The notes beneath the pieces were generated by a model. It worked only from the letters and a program-made list of their open reading frames with translations, had not been told where the DNA came from and searched no databases. Position numbers and translations under genes: made by a program. Shown piece by piece: positions 59,193-64,000 of a DNA stretch of 64,000 bases (position 1 is its first letter; every line of letters begins with the position of its first letter). The DNA comes from Squalus acanthias (Eukaryota): NCBI GenBank assembly GCA_030390025.1, contig CM059432.1:122824001-122888000 (forward strand), in the 5' to 3' direction.

Positions 59193-60178
59193 CTTATATG
59201 GACTTCCAGAAGGTATTTGATAAAATCCTTCGTAAGAGACTGTTAACTAAGGTTGATGCCCATGGAATTGAAGGCAAATTATTGACCTAGTTAGGAAATT
59301 GGTTGAGCGGTAGGAGACAGACAGTAGGGATAATGGGCAGTTACTCTAATTGGCAGGATGTAACTAGTGGTGTCCCGCAGGGCTCTGTGTTGGGGGCTCA
59401 ACTATTCACTGTATTTATTACTGACTTAGATGATGGGTAGAAAGCCACATATCCAAATGTGCTGATGACACAAAGTTAGGCAGCATTGTAGGCAGTGTAG
59501 ATGAAAGCATAAAATTACAAAGGGATATTGATAGATTAAGTGAATGGGCAAAACTGTTGCAAATGGATTTCAATGTAAGCAAATGAGAGGTTTGGACCTA
59601 AAAAGGATAGAACAGAGTACTTTCTAAATGGTGAAAAGCTAACAACAGTGGAGATAAAAAGAGACTTGGGGGTCCAGGTACATAGATCATTAAAATGTCA
59701 TGAACAGGTACAGAAAATAATCAAAAACGCTAGTGGAATGCTGGCCTTTATATCTAAAGGACTAGAATACAAGAGGTTAGAAGTTATGCTGCAGCTATAC
59801 AAAGCCCTGGTTAGATCACACTTGGAGTACTGTGTTCAGTTCTGGGCACTACACCTTAGGAAGGATATATTGGCCTTGGAGGGAGTGCAGCGTAGATTTA
59901 CCAGACTGATACCTGCACTCCAGGGGTTAAATTATGAGGAGAGATTACACAAACTAGGGTTGTATTCCCTGGAATTTAGAAGGTGAAGGGGTGATTTGAT
60001 TGAAGTTTTCAAGATATTAAGGGGTACAGATAGGGTAGATGGAGAGAAACTATTTCCGCTGGTTGGGGAGTCTAGGACTAGGGGGTAGAGTCTAAAAATT
60101 AGAGCCAGACCTTTCAGGAGTGAAATTAGGAAACACTTCTACACACAAAGGGTGGTAGAAGTTTGGAAAACTCTTCCC
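59193..60178 (+). mobile_element. CR1 LINE RT/C-terminal fragment that hosts the ERV insertion
   Basis: Motifs [17 protein letters not shown] and LYKALVRSHLEYCVQFW, with multiple stops. Confidence 0.88.
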
Positions 60179-60573
60179 TAGATCAGCCATGATCTCATTG
60201 AATGGTAGAACAGGCTCAAGGGCCTACTTCTGTTCGAATGCTTCCAAATGAAAAAGGAATGAGAGTGAATGCGGACTCCAAATGATTCCCTCTCCTGGCT
60301 CTGTTGCTTCCCATTTCTTTCCTCATTTACAATCAGGTCTCCAGTTTCCTCCTTTGCTGCCAACAGATAAGTTCCCAAATTTGCCCTCACTGATGTGTCC
60401 GGTTCTAATTCAATTCCCATTTTATCTGTGCCTGGTTCTGCACCACCCCTTCAATATTTGGGAAATTCTAAGATTGACTTTTATCTCCAGTATTCTCTGC
60501 TCCGCTTAAATGTGATTTTTTGCTGGTCTTTGGATCCACTGACATAGGATGCACTTGGCCAAGTTAGACATTA

Positions 60574-61908
60574 AGAACATAAGAAATAGGAGCAGGAAGA
60601 GGCCACTTGGCCCCTCGAGCCTGCTCCGCCATTCAATAAGATCATGGCTGATCTTGGGCTCAAAGCTACTTCCCCGCCCGTTCCCCATAACCCTTCACTC
60701 CCTTATCTTGCAAAAATCTGTCTATCTCCACCTTAAATGTATTTAATGACCCAGCCTCCACGGCTCTCTGGGGCAGAGAATTCCACAGATGTACGACCCT
60801 CTGAGAGAAGAAATTCCTCCTCATCTCAGTTCTAAAAGGGCGACCCTTTACCCTTTATTCTGAAACTATGCCCCCGAGTTCTAGATTTCCCCACGAGGGG
60901 AAACATCCTCTCTGCATCTACCCTGTCGAGCCCCCTCAGTATCTTATATGTTTCATTAAGATCACCTCTCATTCTTCTAAATTCCAATGAGTATAGGCCC
61001 AGCCTGCTCAACCTTTCCTCATAAGTCAACCCCCTCATCTCTGAAATTAACCTAGTGAATCATCTCTGAACTGCCTCCAATGCAAGTATATCCTTCCTTT
61101 AAATAAGGAGACCAAAACTGTACGCAGTACTCAAGGTGTGGTCTCACCAGTACCCTGTACAGTTGTAGCAGGACTTCCCTGCTTTTACACTCCAACCTCC
61201 TTGCAATAAAGGTCAACATTCCATTTGCATTTTTGATTACTTGCTGTACCTGCATGCTAACTTTTTGTGTTTCATGCACAAGGACCCCCAGGTCCCCCAG
61301 AACTGTAGCATTTTGTAATCTCTCTCCATTTAAATAATAATTTGCTTTTTTATTTTTCCTGCCAAAGTGGATAACCTCGCACTTTCTCACATTATACTCC
61401 ATCTGCCAAATGTTTGCCCACTCACTTAGCCTGTCTATATCCCTTTGCAGATTCTTTGAGTCCTCTGCTCCACTTGCTTTCCCACCCATCTTTGTATCAT
61501 CTGCAAACTTGGCTACATTACACTCAGTCCCTACATCCAAGTCATTAATATAGATTGTAAATAGTTGAGGCTCCAGCACCGATCCCTGTGGCACCCCACT
61601 AGTTACCGTTTGCCAGCTGGAAAATTACCCATTTATCCCGACTCTCTGCTTTCTGTTAGTTAGCCAATTCTCTATCCATGCGAATATATTACCCCCAACT
61701 TTGTGAACTCTCATCTTATGCAGTAACCTTTTATGTGGCACCTTATCAAATGCCTTCTGGAAATCCAAATACACCACATCCACTGGCTCACCTTTGTCCA
61801 TCCTGCTCGTTACATCCTCAAAGAACTCCAGCAAATTTGTTAAACATGATTTCCCTTTCATAAAACCATGCTGACTCTGCTTGATTGCATTATGATTTTC
61901 CAAATGCC
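60574..61908 (-). mobile_element. CR1 LINE 3' half
   Basis: Motifs QHGFMKGKSCLTNL, DFQKAFDKVPH, FADD and HLEYCVQFW, with a (ttcttatg) tail. Confidence 0.9.
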
Positions 61909-61972
61909 CTGTGTTTGAGTATAGAAAGGGTTAATTGGTTAGCTATTTGACATATATACCAACCTAGAAGTG

Positions 61973-62300
61973 TCAGCTGTGGCTCAGTGGCTAGCACCCT
62001 CACCTCTGAATCAGAAGGTTGTGGGTTCAAGTCTTGAACACAAAAATCTAGGCTGACACTCCAGTGCAGTGCTGAGGGAGTGCTGTACTGTCTCTCGGAT
62101 GAGATGTTAAACCGAGGCCCCGTCTGCTCTCTCAGGTGGATGTAAAAGATTCTATAGCACTATTTTGAAGAAGAGCAGGGGAGTTATTCCGGTGTCCTGG
62201 CCAATATTTATCTCTCAATCAACATAACAAAAACAGATTATCTGGTCATTATCACAGTGCTCTTTGTGGGAGCTTGCTGTGTGCAAATTGCCTGCCACAA
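61973..62300 (+). mobile_element. SacSINE1/DeuSINE-like SINE, 3'-truncated by an L2
   Basis: tRNA head gtcagctgtggctcagtgg, with a body matching 10722-11170. Confidence 0.7.
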
Positions 62301-64000
62301 ATTGCCTGGCTGGACCACATAAAGCATTATCGGGTCCTGCTCTCGTCTGCCAAAATTGCTCACTATTCCAGAATCATTCTGGAATGCAAAGATAAACCCC
62401 GGCTCCTATTCTCTACTGCTAACCGTCTTCTTAAACCCCTCTCCCCTGTCTCCTCCACCCTCACCTCCGATAACAAGTGTGAGGAGCTCATGGACTTCTT
62501 TGTCTCCAAGATTGAGACCATCCGTTCAGCTGCCTCTGCCACTTCCCTTCCTTCCCCTCGCCCACCGGGCCAAACTTCCTCTAAGGTTCCCCCCCTGCCC
62601 TAGCTCTGAACTCACATCTTTCTCCAGTTTCTCTCCAATCTCCCCTCATGACCTCTCCGCGCTCAACTTGTCCATGAGACCCACTTCCTGCTCCCTCGAC
62701 CCTATTCCCACCAAACTGCTGACCACCCAACTTCCTTTTCTGGCTTCCATGTTAGCTGACATTGTTAACGCTTCTCTCTCCTCAGGTACTGTCCCCCTCT
62801 CCCTCAAATCTGCCGTCATCACCCCTCTCCTCAAAAAAACAACCCTTGACCCCTCCGTCCTTGCAAACTACCGCCCCATCTCCAACGTCCCTTTCCTCTC
62901 CAAAGTCCTTGAATGTGTTGTGGCCTCCCGAATCCGTGCCCATCTTTCCTGCAATTCCATGTTTGAATCCCTCCAATCAGGTTTTTGCCCTTGGCACAGT
63001 ACCGAAATGGCTCTCATCAAAGTCACAAATGACATCCTTCTCCAACGCCTCTCCACCGTCATCCAGCTGGGACTGCACTCACCTGGTTCCATTCTTATCT
63101 ATCTAATCGTAGCCAGAGAATCACCTACAATGGCTTCTCTTCCCGCTCCCGCATCGTTACCTCTGGTGTCCCCCAAGGATCTATCCTTGGTCCCCTCCTA
63201 TTTCTCATCTACATGGTGCCCCTTGGTGACATCATCCGAAAACACAGAGTCAGTTTCCACATGTACGCTGACGTCACCCAGCTCTACCTCACTACCTCTT
63301 CTCTCGACCCCTCCACGGTCTCTAAATTGTCAGACTGCTTGTCTGACATACGGTTCTGGATGAGCAGAAATTTTCTCCAATTAAATATTGGGAAGACCAA
63401 AGCCGTTATTTTCGGACCCCGCCACAAACTCCATTCCCTAGCCACTGACTCCATCCCTCTCTCTAACATCTGTCTGAGGCTGAACCACACTGTTCGCAAC
63501 CTTGGTGTCATATTTGACCCTGAAATGAGCTTCCGACCACATATCCGCAGCATAACAAAGACCGCCTATTTCCACCTCCGTAACATCGCCCGTCTCTGCC
63601 CTTGCCTCAGCTCATCCGCTGCTGAAACCCCCATGCATGCCTTTGTTACCTCTAGACTTGACTATTCCAACGCACTCCTGGCTGGCCTCCCACATTCTAC
63701 CCTACGTAAACTTGAGGTCATCCAAAACTCGGCTGCCCATGTCCTAACTTGCACCAAGTCCCGTTCGCCCATCACCCCTGTGCTCGCTGACCTACATTGA
63801 CTCCCGGTTAAGCAACGCCTCGATTTCAAAATTCTCATCCTTGTTTTCAAATCCCTCTATGGCCTCGCCCCTCCCTATCTCTGTAATCTCCTCCAGCCCC
63901 ACAATCCCCCGAGATATCTGCGCTCCTCTAATTCTGCCCTCTTGAGCATTCCTGATTATAATCGCTCAAACATTGGCGGCCGTGCCTTCTGTTGCCGAGG
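62301..64000 (+). mobile_element. L2 LINE ORF2 (RT) fragment running off the window
   Basis: Motifs SCSLDPIPT, NYRPISNVPFLSKVLE, YADVTQLY and SRLDYSNALLAGLP. Small internal deletion near 63040. Confidence 0.9.

Overview
This is a eukaryotic window made almost entirely of transposable elements, with no host gene that I can support. Its repeat set (CR1, L2 and RTE LINEs, an HE1/V-SINE, SacSINE1/DeuSINE-like SINEs and Penelope remnants) points to a cartilaginous fish; that host assignment is an inference. The main feature is a full-length, young endogenous retrovirus on the minus strand (41790-59192). It has ~1.64-kb LTRs, a 4-bp CTTA target-site duplication inside a CR1 RT, a tRNA-Arg-type PBS and gag joined in frame to pol across a UGA-CUA stop. 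Its pol carries a degenerate tether RNase H plus a second active RNase H. Its 783-aa env is intact and looks like a paramyxo/pneumovirus-type class I fusion protein with an N-terminal Ig-like module. This matches a lokiretrovirus-like architecture. The 3' LTR was later hit by a near-intact autonomous PIF/Harbinger transposon (transposase plus spliced Myb/SANT gene) and by a non-autonomous derivative with the same ends. The rest of the window holds several older Harbinger copies and MITEs, including a four-level nest at 30568-39290, plus LINE and SINE fragments. All calls were made by eye and no database searches were run.
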